A stretch of DNA of 64,000 bases from Promethearchaeota archaeon (GTDB taxonomy: Archaea > Asgardarchaeota > Lokiarchaeia > Sigyniarchaeales > SOKP01). The stretch is from assembly GCA_016839705.1 (NCBI GenBank), contig JAEOTR010000016.1:1-64000 (forward strand), written 5' to 3'. Positions 20,357-30,432 of the stretch are shown piece by piece; position 1 is the stretch's first letter, and each line of letters opens with the position of its first letter. A model generated the notes under the pieces. It was not told the DNA's origin. It ran no database searches and saw only the letters and a list, made by a program, of their open reading frames with translations. Both the position numbers and the translations under genes were made by a program.

Positions 20357-22213
20357 TCAATCAATTAAAGGTAGAAATACATAAAATGTTGTTCCTTTAT
20401 CTAATTCACTTTCCAAGAAAATCTCCCCTTTATGAGCTTCAATTAAATCTTTTGCTATAGCTAGTCCCAATCCTGTCCCAGAAATTTCATTTACATTACT
20501 AGAACGGAAAAACCGTTCAAAAACATGAGGGATATCCTCCTTTGGGATACCACGACCATAATCTTCGAACTGAAAGAGAATTCCTAGAGATTCGTTTGGA
20601 TTATATTTACCTTGGTAATTATTGAAAGCCTGAACTTTAATTTTTGAATTTTCCTTTGAATATTTAATGGCATTATCAATAATATTCCGAAAAATTTGGT
20701 CCACTCTTTTTGGATCACCTTTTAAATGAAGATTATCATCGATATTCATTTCAAAATGAATATTTTTTTCCTTACCAATAGGTTCTAAAAGATATAAAAT
20801 TTCATTAATTATTTCTGACGGATTATAATCTTCCCATTCCAGTTTTAACATATTTTCATCAATTCTCAAAATTAATAAAATATCCTCGGCTAAATCGTTT
20901 AATAAATGGATATTTCGAGTAATCCCATCAATTAATTTCTCTTCTAAATCTTTTTCAAGCTTATCCCGATTTTTAGTAAGATAATCTATTGACATCAATA
21001 AAACGGTGATAGGGGTTCTTAATTCATGTGAAACTGTAGAAACTAATTGTGATAATCTTTCCTCCGCCTTCCTACGTTCTGTTATATCAGTAGCAACACT
21101 GAGAAGAGATGAAAATTTTCCATCAATATCTTTCAAGGGTTGTTCAGTTATCCAATATGTCTTTCTTCCAGTTGGTAAATGAAATGTTCGCTGATATGCT
21201 CGACTAATTCCATTCTGAATTAATTCGCGGTTACTTTTCAAAAATTCTTCTGATTCTTCTCTAGAGAAAACTTCAAAAACCGTTTTTCCAATAAAATCTT
21301 CTGGTTTCCCCCCTAATTCGCTTGCTGCTTTTTCATTTACTAACATATATGTCCCATTCTCGTCCAACATTGTAATCCCTGCTCCAGAATGTGTAATAAT
21401 ATTTTTTAACTCCAATTCACTTCTTCTGATTTTTCTAAATAATAAATTAAAGGGCTCCTTTATCCCAATTTGAATGATAGCTTTGTACAAGAGATAAAAT
21501 GCAATTATTTTAAAGATATGTCCAACAAGGTTAGAAAAATCATAAACTCCAATATAGAAGGTGAATGCTAGTTCAGCTATTATTGTTGCTATAATTGAGC
21601 TGAAAATTAAATATAAGACTCTTTTATCAAACTCAATCTTTTGTTTGAAAATAATTAAGAGGCAAGTTAGGAGTATGAAAATGATAATATATTCACTCAC
21701 AATTTTAAAAGGAGTTAACCGATCAATATAGCAGATGGGAAATAATTCAGCAAAAATGAGAACTATTAATAATATTGTAATGACCAAGTAAGAAACGATA
21801 AGAAAAACGGGTTTTACATTTTTCTTGATTGAAAGTGAAGCTATTAAACATGAACTCGCTTGAAGATACCTTGCCGCAATCCATAAAGAAGTTGGAAGAT
21901 TCGAAGTGTAACCTTCAAAGATATGCATACCAGTATAAGCTAGGGTGTGAATTAAATCGATAATGCCAATAAAAAGAGAAGATACACCGAGAATCAAAAA
22001 GAAGGAATTTTCCATGTATCTTCGTGAGTTCCAACCCACAAAAAACACACCACCAGCAATAACTATACTAAATATCTCAGCAATGCTATGGAATAATAAA
22101 TAGTTTATGAAGCTTGAAAAGAATGTAAATACCAGAGCTATTGAAAAGACTAAAATTTCAAATAATTCTGGATTTACCTTAGGTGAGGTTGTTTGATTAT
22201 TTTCATTCAACAT
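20357..22213 (-). CDS. Sensor histidine kinase (MASE3 - PAS - HisKA - HATPase)
   Basis: NYLLFHSIAE (MASE3), SHELRTP, NIIDNAIKY, GTGLGL. Confidence 0.92.
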   Translation of the reverse strand: MLNENNQTTSPKVNPELFEILVFSIALVFTFFSSFINYLLFHSIAEIFSIVIAGGVFFVGWNSRRYMENSFFLILGVSSLFIGIIDLIHTLAYTGMHIFEGYTSNLPTSLWIAARYLQASSCLIASLSIKKNVKPVFLIVSYLVITILLIVLIFAELFPICYIDRLTPFKIVSEYIIIFILLTCLLIIFKQKIEFDKRVLYLIFSSIIATIIAELAFTFYIGVYDFSNLVGHIFKIIAFYLLYKAIIQIGIKEPFNLLFRKIRRSELELKNIITHSGAGITMLDENGTYMLVNEKAASELGGKPEDFIGKTVFEVFSREESEEFLKSNRELIQNGISRAYQRTFHLPTGRKTYWITEQPLKDIDGKFSSLLSVATDITERRKAEERLSQLVSTVSHELRTPITVLLMSIDYLTKNRDKLEKDLEEKLIDGITRNIHLLNDLAEDILLILRIDENMLKLEWEDYNPSEIINEILYLLEPIGKEKNIHFEMNIDDNLHLKGDPKRVDQIFRNIIDNAIKYSKENSKIKVQAFNNYQGKYNPNESLGILFQFEDYGRGIPKEDIPHVFERFFRSSNVNEISGTGLGLAIAKDLIEAHKGEIFLESELDKGTTFYVFLPLID

Positions 22214-22254
22214 TTTTATTAAAATGTAACTATAAAAATTTCTTCAAAAACTGA

Positions 22255-22803
22255 TTAAGGGATTGTAGATTTTTCAAACGTTGCATATATTGATGTTTTA
22301 TGTAGAGAATAAATTAAATTTGGGGGAATTACTCCTTTTATCTTTTCAATTAATCCTTCAATAATGCTTTCATTTAATTCTTGATTAAATTCTAAGTCTG
22401 GATCGTATTTATGGAGAAAAATCGAAAAATCAATATCATTGAGATCCTTAATTGCTTTCATCATTTTTTTCAAGTAATTAATAGCTAGATCATACCGTTT
22501 TGCATCTTGGACATCAAAAACATATATAATTTTTTTAGTTCCTCTTAAAAGATTTTCGATATCATTAATATATTCATCATGATATGCTTCCTGACCTCCA
22601 AGATCCCAGATGGCATATTTCGATTCTAAGGCTTCAAATCGTTCTATTTCTAAGCCTCTTGTAGGGTTAAGGGAATTGAATGCGGATAATCCCTTGATTC
22701 CTTTCAAACATTTTAATATCGAAGTCTTACCTCCATTATCTAAACCTATTAACAGAATTTTTTTCGAATATTCTGATGAGCCAATATCATTTGGATTATT
22801 CAT
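22255..22803 (-). CDS. Small GTPase, Rag/Arf-like (Asgard type)
   Basis: G1 GLDNGGKT, G2 PT, G3 WDLGGQ, G4 HKYD, G5 TSI. Confidence 0.92.
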   Translation of the reverse strand: MNNPNDIGSSEYSKKILLIGLDNGGKTSILKCLKGIKGLSAFNSLNPTRGLEIERFEALESKYAIWDLGGQEAYHDEYINDIENLLRGTKKIIYVFDVQDAKRYDLAINYLKKMMKAIKDLNDIDFSIFLHKYDPDLEFNQELNESIIEGLIEKIKGVIPPNLIYSLHKTSIYATFEKSTIP

Positions 22804-22845
22804 AATTCTTAGAAATGCATTAAAAATAAATTATAATATTCGAAT

Positions 22846-23190
22846 TTAAGACAGCGTATCAATTATATCAACATCTCTTATATCCTTTAATTTCTCCTTG
22901 TTAATGGTAGTTACAATTGAATTTATTTGGGTTAGAAGATTTTCGATATTAATATTTCTATTTAGTTTGTAGTACTTTATATTACCTCTTTTCTCAAAAT
23001 TTATAAGGTTATTATCTAGAAGCATGTTTAGATGTTTTGAGGTTGTTGATTGAGATCTACTTAATTTTCTTTGAATTTTTGATGAGGGTAGTTCATTATC
23101 TTTTAAAATGTCTAAGACTTCTAATCGTGTGGCATCACCTAATACCCGTAAGAACTCAACGATAGATCGTCTAAATTCAGCAGAAATCAT
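22846..23190 (-). CDS. ArsR/SmtB family regulator
   Basis: LGDATRLEVL, SQSTTSKHL. Confidence 0.9.
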   Translation of the reverse strand: MISAEFRRSIVEFLRVLGDATRLEVLDILKDNELPSSKIQRKLSRSQSTTSKHLNMLLDNNLINFEKRGNIKYYKLNRNINIENLLTQINSIVTTINKEKLKDIRDVDIIDTLS

Positions 23191-23290
23191 ATTTTATAAG
23201 AATGTGTTTTTATAGCTTTTTAAAGCTTATTTTAATGGAATATTAGTGTTTTCTTATTAATACGAAAAACACAAAGATTTAAATATTATT

Positions 23291-23326
23291 TTATCGTAAT
23301 ATTACTATATCGCAATATCGCGATAT
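23291..23326. promoter_or_regulatory. Candidate operator between divergent ArsR and Lrp genes
   Basis: Three TATCG-Y-R-ATA copies; perfect palindromes GTAATATTAC (23296-23305) and ATATCGCGATAT (23315-23326). Confidence 0.5.
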
Positions 23327-23359
23327 ATGAATATTATTAAATATTAAAGGTCATGGAAA

Positions 23360-23893
23360 ATGATAAGTGAAAAAATAGGTATTGATAGTATAGATTGTCA
23401 GATAATGGATTTAATCCAAAAAGCCCCAAATCTCACACATACTGAAATCGCGACTCATGTCAACCGTAGTCAACCGACAGTGGGCATGAGGATTAAAAAA
23501 CTTGAGAAATTAGGTGTTTTAAAGTACCAAGCAGGTATAAATATTAAGGTTGCAGATCTCTGTTTTGCTAGAATAGAACTCCAAACTAAAAATCCTAAGA
23601 AGGCTATAGAAATCGTTAAAAGATGTCCATCGATGATTAACGCGCTTCGACTTAGTGGGGATTCAACTTTATCCATTTTCATGGCTGGTACGAATCTCAA
23701 AGTCCTCGATAGTATTGTGAATGTCAACTTTCGAAATAATCCAGATGTAACAAAGGTTCATATGGACATTATCGAAGACGTTGTGAATGATTTTGTTTTA
23801 CCAATAGATTTAAATCTTAAAAGTGACCAATTAGCATTTACAAAGGAATGTTGTTGCTGCGGAGAATGTAGATGCCATTCGGATTTAATTTAA
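23360..23893 (+). CDS. Lrp/AsnC regulator with Cys-rich tail
   Basis: SQPTVGMRIKKLE HTH; tail ECCCCGECRCH. Confidence 0.9.
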   Translation: MISEKIGIDSIDCQIMDLIQKAPNLTHTEIATHVNRSQPTVGMRIKKLEKLGVLKYQAGINIKVADLCFARIELQTKNPKKAIEIVKRCPSMINALRLSGDSTLSIFMAGTNLKVLDSIVNVNFRNNPDVTKVHMDIIEDVVNDFVLPIDLNLKSDQLAFTKECCCCGECRCHSDLI

Positions 23894-23947
23894 CCTAGCA
23901 AATTTTATCTTAGTTGTACATTCACTAAAGTTTCTAATCTATGGTGA

Positions 23948-24187
23948 TTAGAGTTTTTTATCTTTATAGTATTTATACATCTCTTTAATAAAGGAAAGGA
24001 AGAATGCTATGAAACCAAGAATTACTAAAACTAGTCCATATATTGGATCGGTAAAACCTATCCCCAGTTCCCCAACAGTATTATCTCCATATATAGTAAT
24101 TATTGTTGCCGAATAAAAAATAAGGTAAATAACCCTATTGAAATAACCCATTACTCTCAACGCTCGAAACTCTGAAATCTGTTTCAC
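23948..24187 (-). CDS. Small membrane protein
   Basis: Two hydrophobic segments and a basic tail. Confidence 0.45.
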   Translation of the reverse strand: MKQISEFRALRVMGYFNRVIYLIFYSATIITIYGDNTVGELGIGFTDPIYGLVLVILGFIAFFLSFIKEMYKYYKDKKL

Positions 24188-24453
24188 CTAAAATATCCTA
24201 ATTCAAAACACACTGTAAAAATAAGATGAAGTGAAAAGTGAATAAAACAATTTAAAATTATCGATTGAATGAAACATTTGACGAAATATTGCAGAAAATA
24301 CCTAAGGATTTTGAGGGATTGCTTTCCCATTGTTTCTTTTATCTAAATTATAAACAATCAATAAATTAACAATAAAATGATAATAGATGTTATAACTATA
24401 GACTGTGTAAATTTAGAATTCATTTAAAAATCGAGTAGATAATATTAAAATTC

Positions 24454-24693
24454 CTAATCTATTGTGATCGCTCTCGGTTTGCATGCGGTAGTACACATAT
24501 GACATTTCACACAGCGATCCTCACGATCCTCTACAACAGTACATTTAGGAATAGAATCTTTATTAATAACTTCATAAATTCCTCTAAAACAAGCTTCTTC
24601 ACAGGAAAATTCTCTGCATTCTCGACATTTACTTATGTCAATGTGATGAAATTGATAACTTTCGATGATGCTCTGATCTTCTGCTTCACTCAT
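24454..24693 (-). CDS. 4Fe-4S ferredoxin
   Basis: CRECREFSCEEAC and CVKCHMCTTACKP. Confidence 0.88.
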   Translation of the reverse strand: MSEAEDQSIIESYQFHHIDISKCRECREFSCEEACFRGIYEVINKDSIPKCTVVEDREDRCVKCHMCTTACKPRAITID

Positions 24694-24803
24694 TATAATT
24701 AATCATATAAAAAAATGCATATATCTCTTTAGTTTATAGAGTATAATTCTTTTTTCTTGTTAAATAATATAAGGTAGAAATAGATCAAATTATTCGATTT
24801 TTT

Positions 24804-25472
24804 ATGACTAACCAAAAAATCCCTATTTTTGAAATCCCAAATCTTATGAAGGGAACATTTATAACAAGACCAAATAGATTTGTCGGTGAAATAAAGTCTA
24901 AAGGAAAACGTGAAATTGCACATATTCACGATCCTGGCAGATTAAAGGAATTGCTTATAAAGGGAGTAGACGTATTATTTACGCATTCGCAAGGAAAGCT
25001 AAAGTATTATATAAAAGCAGTAAAAAAAGAAAATGAATGGATTTTAATAGATTCAGCACTTCATTCTAAAATTGCCTTGAAGATTATTAAATTATTACCT
25101 GAATTTGCCAATGTAAAAGAGATAAAAAAGGAAGTATCCTATGGAAAAAGTAGATTAGATTTTACGCTTGATGGTGTTCCTTTAGAAGTTAAAGGTTGTA
25201 CATTAGTTAGAGATGGATTTGCTTTATTCCCTGATGCTCCCACAGAAAGAGGTACTCGTCATGTTGAAGAGATTATAAAGCATAAAGGCATAATTCTAAT
25301 TTTAATATTACGTAAGGCTAGAGAATTCGCACCAAATAAAGAAACAGATCCTAAGTTCACAGAAAAATTGATAGAAGCAAGAAAATCAGGTATTAAAATT
25401 ATCCCTGTCCAATTAAGGTTTGACGGAAAAACTATTTACTATATTGGGAAAATTCCGTTATCAATCTTCTAA
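24804..25472 (+). CDS. sfsA: SfsA DNA/RNA nuclease
   Basis: RPNRF, DPGRLKELL, SRLDF, EVKGCTL, FPDAPTERG. Confidence 0.95.
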   Translation: MTNQKIPIFEIPNLMKGTFITRPNRFVGEIKSKGKREIAHIHDPGRLKELLIKGVDVLFTHSQGKLKYYIKAVKKENEWILIDSALHSKIALKIIKLLPEFANVKEIKKEVSYGKSRLDFTLDGVPLEVKGCTLVRDGFALFPDAPTERGTRHVEEIIKHKGIILILILRKAREFAPNKETDPKFTEKLIEARKSGIKIIPVQLRFDGKTIYYIGKIPLSIF

Positions 25473-25570
25473 ATACTGATCCTAATTAGATAATTTTCCA
25501 AAATATAAAATTGAAAAAAACTATTTATAAGACATATTAGTTTAAAATTATTCAAGATGTTCTTATTGGG

Positions 25571-26371
25571 ATGACAATTTTCATGTTTTTAAGTATTTAC
25601 CTCACCAGTATTATAGTATTCGGCATCATTATGATTACTGTTTATATAAAAAAGTATAGAAATCTTCCAGTTGACGTTTGGAAACCAGGTGCGGCTTGGA
25701 CTCGTGCATTAATCTACTTCTCGTTTTGCAACATTGTCATAGTAACTTCTGGTACAATGGAACAATTAATAAATCAACCATTATTCACTACAGAGCAAAT
25801 AACAAATATATCATGGGTAGTTTTTTGCATTTTCTGCTTTATCTATGTTTTTTTTGCATATTGGATTTTGTGGTCCCGTATGACGCTTACATTTGATCGT
25901 AAGTATTATCTTGGGACGGAGGTGCTATTTGGAATTATCTGGGGATTTTGTACAGGCGGACTGCTTCTTTCCTTTTATCATTTGTGGCGCTTAACTGGCG
26001 TCCCTAGTTGGGCTAGGTATCTACTAAGTTTCGTAAGTATGGGTTTATGGCAATATTTCATTCAGGATTACTTCTGGGATGTCTATATTAGCCCAGAACA
26101 CGATACACCCAGATCAATTCTTATCAAAACTATTGGTAGCCATATCCCTAATATGGCGATTTCCTTGGGTTTTCTTACTATTTGGGGTAACTATTCTATA
26201 TTTATTTCAATTTTTATTATTGCATTAGTTGCATCGACTATTTTCCAGAGATTCCCTGCTCCCTGGGCTAAGGAAATATTTCATGTACCAATGACCAAAC
26301 CAGGAATTGGTGGTTTCTTGCGTGGTGCAGGATATTTAGGAGATATTGACAAACCCGGCAAAAAAAAATGA
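25571..26371 (+). CDS. Hypothetical multi-pass membrane protein
   Basis: About 6-7 hydrophobic segments; polar WDVYISPEHD motif. Confidence 0.75.
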   Translation: MTIFMFLSIYLTSIIVFGIIMITVYIKKYRNLPVDVWKPGAAWTRALIYFSFCNIVIVTSGTMEQLINQPLFTTEQITNISWVVFCIFCFIYVFFAYWILWSRMTLTFDRKYYLGTEVLFGIIWGFCTGGLLLSFYHLWRLTGVPSWARYLLSFVSMGLWQYFIQDYFWDVYISPEHDTPRSILIKTIGSHIPNMAISLGFLTIWGNYSIFISIFIIALVASTIFQRFPAPWAKEIFHVPMTKPGIGGFLRGAGYLGDIDKPGKKK

Positions 26372-26567
26372 AAATTAGATATCATTATTCAACAACAATA
26401 AAAAAAAATCTGATCATATTTCATAAACTTTTTCTTTAAAATCCATTGAAGACAGCTTCCTAGTCAAAAGAGTGAAGACTAATTTTTTATAAATTTACCC
26501 TAATATTTTATAAGTTGTAAAAATTATACATAATTATACGAGAAAAAATAGATTTCGAGGAAATAAA

Positions 26568-27122
26568 ATGATTTCAGAAAAATTAAAGCTTGATGATATT
26601 GACAGGCAAATTATTTCACTTGTTCAAGAGGATCCAGCTCTAACACATACGGAAATTGCGACAAAAATAAATAGATCACAGCCTACTGTTGGAATGCGAA
26701 TAAAAAAGCTAGAAAAGAGTGGGATTTTACAATTTCAGCCAGGTATCAATTTTAAGAAGGTTGACTTACATTTAGCAACAGTCGAGATAAAGACCAAGAA
26801 TCCCGAGGAAATTTTGGCTATGGCTCGACATTGCCCTTTTATGCTCAATGCGTTCCGCCTTAGTGGTGAACATAACATTTTTATCCTTCTTGCCAGCTCT
26901 AAGCTTCAAAAATTAGATAACATTGTAAATTACCATTTTCGAAATAATCCTCAGGTTCAAAACGCTTCAATGGAATTAGTTATTGAAATTGCTAAGGATT
27001 TTATTCTACCTATTGATTTTGATTCGGAGGATCATGACCCTACGTTAGAAGAAGGATGCGGGGAATCATGTAAATACAAAATAGCCAAGAAAAAAGGATT
27101 AGTGCAAGTGACAGGAGATTGA
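26568..27122 (+). CDS. Lrp/AsnC regulator
   Basis: Close paralogue of 23360; tail GCGESC. Confidence 0.9.
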   Translation: MISEKLKLDDIDRQIISLVQEDPALTHTEIATKINRSQPTVGMRIKKLEKSGILQFQPGINFKKVDLHLATVEIKTKNPEEILAMARHCPFMLNAFRLSGEHNIFILLASSKLQKLDNIVNYHFRNNPQVQNASMELVIEIAKDFILPIDFDSEDHDPTLEEGCGESCKYKIAKKKGLVQVTGD

Positions 27123-27203
27123 TCTTTTCTTAAATAATCTCATTTCTATATTTTTAAAGGTAAAATAGTCAGATAATTTCATAAAAGAAAAAGAATTTAT
27201 TAC

Positions 27204-27770
27204 TTATTCTTCATCTACTTTCCTGAATTTGAACTTTGGGAGATCTTCTACCATATTACAGCCTGGTCCACAATACCTTCCGTCAAAATCCTCAATCTGA
27301 AAATCAATTGGTACCACAAAATCATGGATGCTTTCAATTAGGATATTTGTCTTGACGTTTATTACATTTTTATCCCGTCTGAAGCATAAATCGACTAATT
27401 TTTCAATGGTTTGTAGATCTGAAGCAGCGATAAAACAGAGCACATTAAATTCTCCCGAGATTTTGAATGCGTGATTGATAAAGGGGCAATTTTCAACTTT
27501 TTTAACAATCTGTTCAACATCTTTAGTAGAAATATACACTATAGCAACTTTTATATCAACTTGCTTAATATTGAAGCCAACTTGTTTTGTGAGCAAATGT
27601 TTTCTTTCTAATTTAATGATCCGAGCACCTACAGCAGGTTGAGATTTTTCAATCTCTTTTGCGATATCAGAATGAGTGATATCAGGATTTTTTTCAATCA
27701 TTTCGATGATCTTTTTATCATCATCATCAATGCTTAGCAATTCATTGAAACTTTTTTTCTTCATTTCCAT
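27204..27770 (-). CDS. Lrp/AsnC regulator
   Basis: SQPAVGARIIKLE; tail YCGPGC. Confidence 0.9.
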   Translation of the reverse strand: MEMKKKSFNELLSIDDDDKKIIEMIEKNPDITHSDIAKEIEKSQPAVGARIIKLERKHLLTKQVGFNIKQVDIKVAIVYISTKDVEQIVKKVENCPFINHAFKISGEFNVLCFIAASDLQTIEKLVDLCFRRDKNVINVKTNILIESIHDFVVPIDFQIEDFDGRYCGPGCNMVEDLPKFKFRKVDEE

Positions 27771-27960
27771 CTTTAATCAAAATAACCTAGTAATTTAAAC
27801 TTAGTCTCTTTGAATATAAATCTTTATAAATGCTTGTCTTATTTTCAAAAGCTAAAAGACGTGTAACATTAATAGGCTAAAAATAGGTTTTTTGAAATTA
27901 TGAGTATAGAAATTAAGATTGAATTATAGAACATCTTTTAAATGAGACTGTAGCTTCATT

Positions 27961-29118
27961 TCATTTAAAAAAATTAGAATCATGCTCTTTTAAAGTATCT
28001 GTAAGAACCAGACACAGTTTCTCTAACAACCTCGTATCGACCTTGTCGATAGTATCGTTAGGAGTATGCATATATGCATAAGCTTCCACCTCACCAATTC
28101 CAAATCCTTGAAATCCCTTATCTCCTAAAAAACCTCCATCTGAATGAGCACCGAAAACTCTTTCTGTAACGAAATGCTCTATCTTAAGATTTCTATTGTT
28201 ATTCAAAAGCAAATAATCAATGTCCTTGGCGTGATCCCCTTTTACTCCTGGAAATAAATATACATGATTAGCTATGGATTCAAAATTAAATATTATCGAT
28301 TTTTTACGATCAAAATTTTCCAAATTATTATAAAAATACCTAATACCCATTGTTCCGCATTCTTCAGCTCCGGTAAATAGAAACCACATGTTATAATTTG
28401 TTAATCTATTTTCAAGAATAGTATAATAGTTTAACAGTTCTAAATTACACGTTATACCCGAAGCGTTATCAGTAGCACCATCAGAACTATTATCTGTTCT
28501 GTTAAGAAGCATCATTATTGTGGTAAATATGTTAAATATTAAAGGAAACAGCCCAATAATAAAAAAAAGTATTTCAAATCCTCTAAATATCAAGTATTTT
28601 AGGATTATAACAACAGCTAGAATAATTGAAGAGAAGAGCCAAAGTTTTATCATTCTTATCCGTTTTTTAATTGTGAATCTTTGTCCCTTGGAATCTAAAT
28701 GACTTACAAACAATGCTATTCTGTTATTGTTCTCCATTTCATTTGATGTGGATTTAATCTTTATTAGAAGGTTTTGGGAATTTAATTTTGAAATGAATTG
28801 TATTTTTTCGGGTTTTCTTGTCAATATGAACGAACCAATCAATATACATAGTAATGTGAGGTTTAAGATTAAAGATACAATTATTGGTAGACTCAAATAA
28901 AGGAATAATAAAATTAATGAAACGGATAAGGATGCTACTTTAGGATATATTCTCGAATAAAACGAACTGAAAGTAAAATTTTGGATTTTAAATTCTAAAT
29001 TCAAATTCTCTACTTCTTCTTTTACCTTGTTAAAAGCTTTAGTTTCAAATTCCGTCCCAGATAATCGAGGAAAAGAAAACTCCTTAAGATTTTTATTAAT
29101 TCGGGCTTGTTCAATCAT
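27961..29118 (-). CDS. M28 family metallopeptidase with transmembrane insertions
   Basis: SHLDSK, GATDNASG, GAEECG, HTPNDT. Confidence 0.88.
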   Translation of the reverse strand: MIEQARINKNLKEFSFPRLSGTEFETKAFNKVKEEVENLNLEFKIQNFTFSSFYSRIYPKVASLSVSLILLFLYLSLPIIVSLILNLTLLCILIGSFILTRKPEKIQFISKLNSQNLLIKIKSTSNEMENNNRIALFVSHLDSKGQRFTIKKRIRMIKLWLFSSIILAVVIILKYLIFRGFEILFFIIGLFPLIFNIFTTIMMLLNRTDNSSDGATDNASGITCNLELLNYYTILENRLTNYNMWFLFTGAEECGTMGIRYFYNNLENFDRKKSIIFNFESIANHVYLFPGVKGDHAKDIDYLLLNNNRNLKIEHFVTERVFGAHSDGGFLGDKGFQGFGIGEVEAYAYMHTPNDTIDKVDTRLLEKLCLVLTDTLKEHDSNFFK

Positions 29119-29126
29119 TAGAATCT

Positions 29127-29194
29127 TTAGTTATGATTTATTTCTCTAATTCCTGTATTAAATTGTGATTCATGCTCTTTTAAAGTATCTGTAA
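29127..29194 (-). pseudogene. 3' remnant of a deleted M28 paralogue (25-bp exact repeat)
   Basis: 29170-29194 is identical to 27980-28004; reads TDTLKEHESQF...* in frame. Confidence 0.6.
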
Positions 29195-29333
29195 TGAAGT
29201 TAGTTTGGTCTTTCTGTATTATAAAAAAATGTTAAAACTCACCTCAAATGGAATTTTATTAGTTATAAGCAATACAAAAAGAGAAAAAATAAAAGTTTAA
29301 GAGATTTTTATAAATATCCTGACTATAAAAGTA

Positions 29334-30344
29334 CTATAAAGGGTTTGTAAAGGCATTAATAATAATAATCACTACGGTGAATCCTACTAATCCGATTATA
29401 AATTTTATTGGATCTCCTTTCTCTTTCTCAGGTATTACTTCACGTACTATAACATATAAAATAACCCCTGATATAAAAGAATAGAAGATAAAAAGGATCT
29501 CCAGATTTATGGGGATGAGAGAATCTATTAAGAATCCAATCAATATACCAGTAAAAGCTGCAGTTGAGAGAAATATTTTAAGTACGGGGTTATGCTCATG
29601 TTCTGCTTCTTCATATATTTCCAAATCGGTGAAAATTATGTGACGTTCAGATCTTCTAGAAACAAGTGCTCTGAAAAGAGCATAAAAAAAGAAGAGTATT
29701 CCTGATAAAGTATCTATAGATAGTAATCCAATTAATATTATCCCAACAAGGAAATGATATATGTAATCTGTAGTTAATCTGAACTGATGCAAGTCATTAT
29801 TAATATGGTTCTGAATTTTAATTTTATAATTATTTATTTCAGATTTCATTTCTTCTTCTTGATCATTTAATGCTTTTAAAGTTTGAGCTATCTCCTTTAG
29901 TGTAGCTTCATCTAACTTATCGTGTTTTAATTCTCTAGTAAGAATTCTTTCCATATTATGTTCTACAGCCTCTAAGGTCTTCTCTTTTGTAAGTAACTTC
30001 CGTATCTTTTTTTGAGTTCCGAATTCAACTTTTTGTAAAATTAATTTCTCGGTAATGTGGATAAAAACGAAACCAATTAGAACAAAAAGATATTCAAAAA
30101 ATTCTAAGTGAAAAGGAAATTCTGGTAATCTTTCACTAATTTCTGGAAGTACAATAAGGAAAAAATAAGCCACAGATATTCCTGCAATGAAGGAAGCATG
30201 TAATAAGATAAATTTATGTTCAAAATAATCTGCGAGAAAAAATAAGCTTCCAAAAACAAAAGCAAGAACTAAAACGATTATAAAGTTAACAGCCATAACT
30301 AGTGTATTTACTTTTAGATTTTTAAAGTTTTTAGGTAAAATCAA
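29334..30344 (-). CDS. ZIP-like metal transporter with a cytoplasmic coiled-coil insertion
   Basis: AGISVAYFFLIVLPE, SGVILYVIVREVIPE. Confidence 0.7.
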   Translation of the reverse strand: MILPKNFKNLKVNTLVMAVNFIIVLVLAFVFGSLFFLADYFEHKFILLHASFIAGISVAYFFLIVLPEISERLPEFPFHLEFFEYLFVLIGFVFIHITEKLILQKVEFGTQKKIRKLLTKEKTLEAVEHNMERILTRELKHDKLDEATLKEIAQTLKALNDQEEEMKSEINNYKIKIQNHINNDLHQFRLTTDYIYHFLVGIILIGLLSIDTLSGILFFFYALFRALVSRRSERHIIFTDLEIYEEAEHEHNPVLKIFLSTAAFTGILIGFLIDSLIPINLEILFIFYSFISGVILYVIVREVIPEKEKGDPIKFIIGLVGFTVVIIIINAFTNPL

Positions 30345-30432
30345 TAATTTTAAGCATCAACAATAAAGTTATAAAATCTATGCGGATTATGATTAATACA
30401 TCAAAAAGTAATATTTCGCTTGGTGAAAGTCA

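Noticed and set aside
24184-24330. 48-codon minus-strand ORF (MGKQSLKILRYF...) overlapping the start of 23948-24187
   Set aside because: No motif; could be chance or a decayed 5' part of the downstream gene
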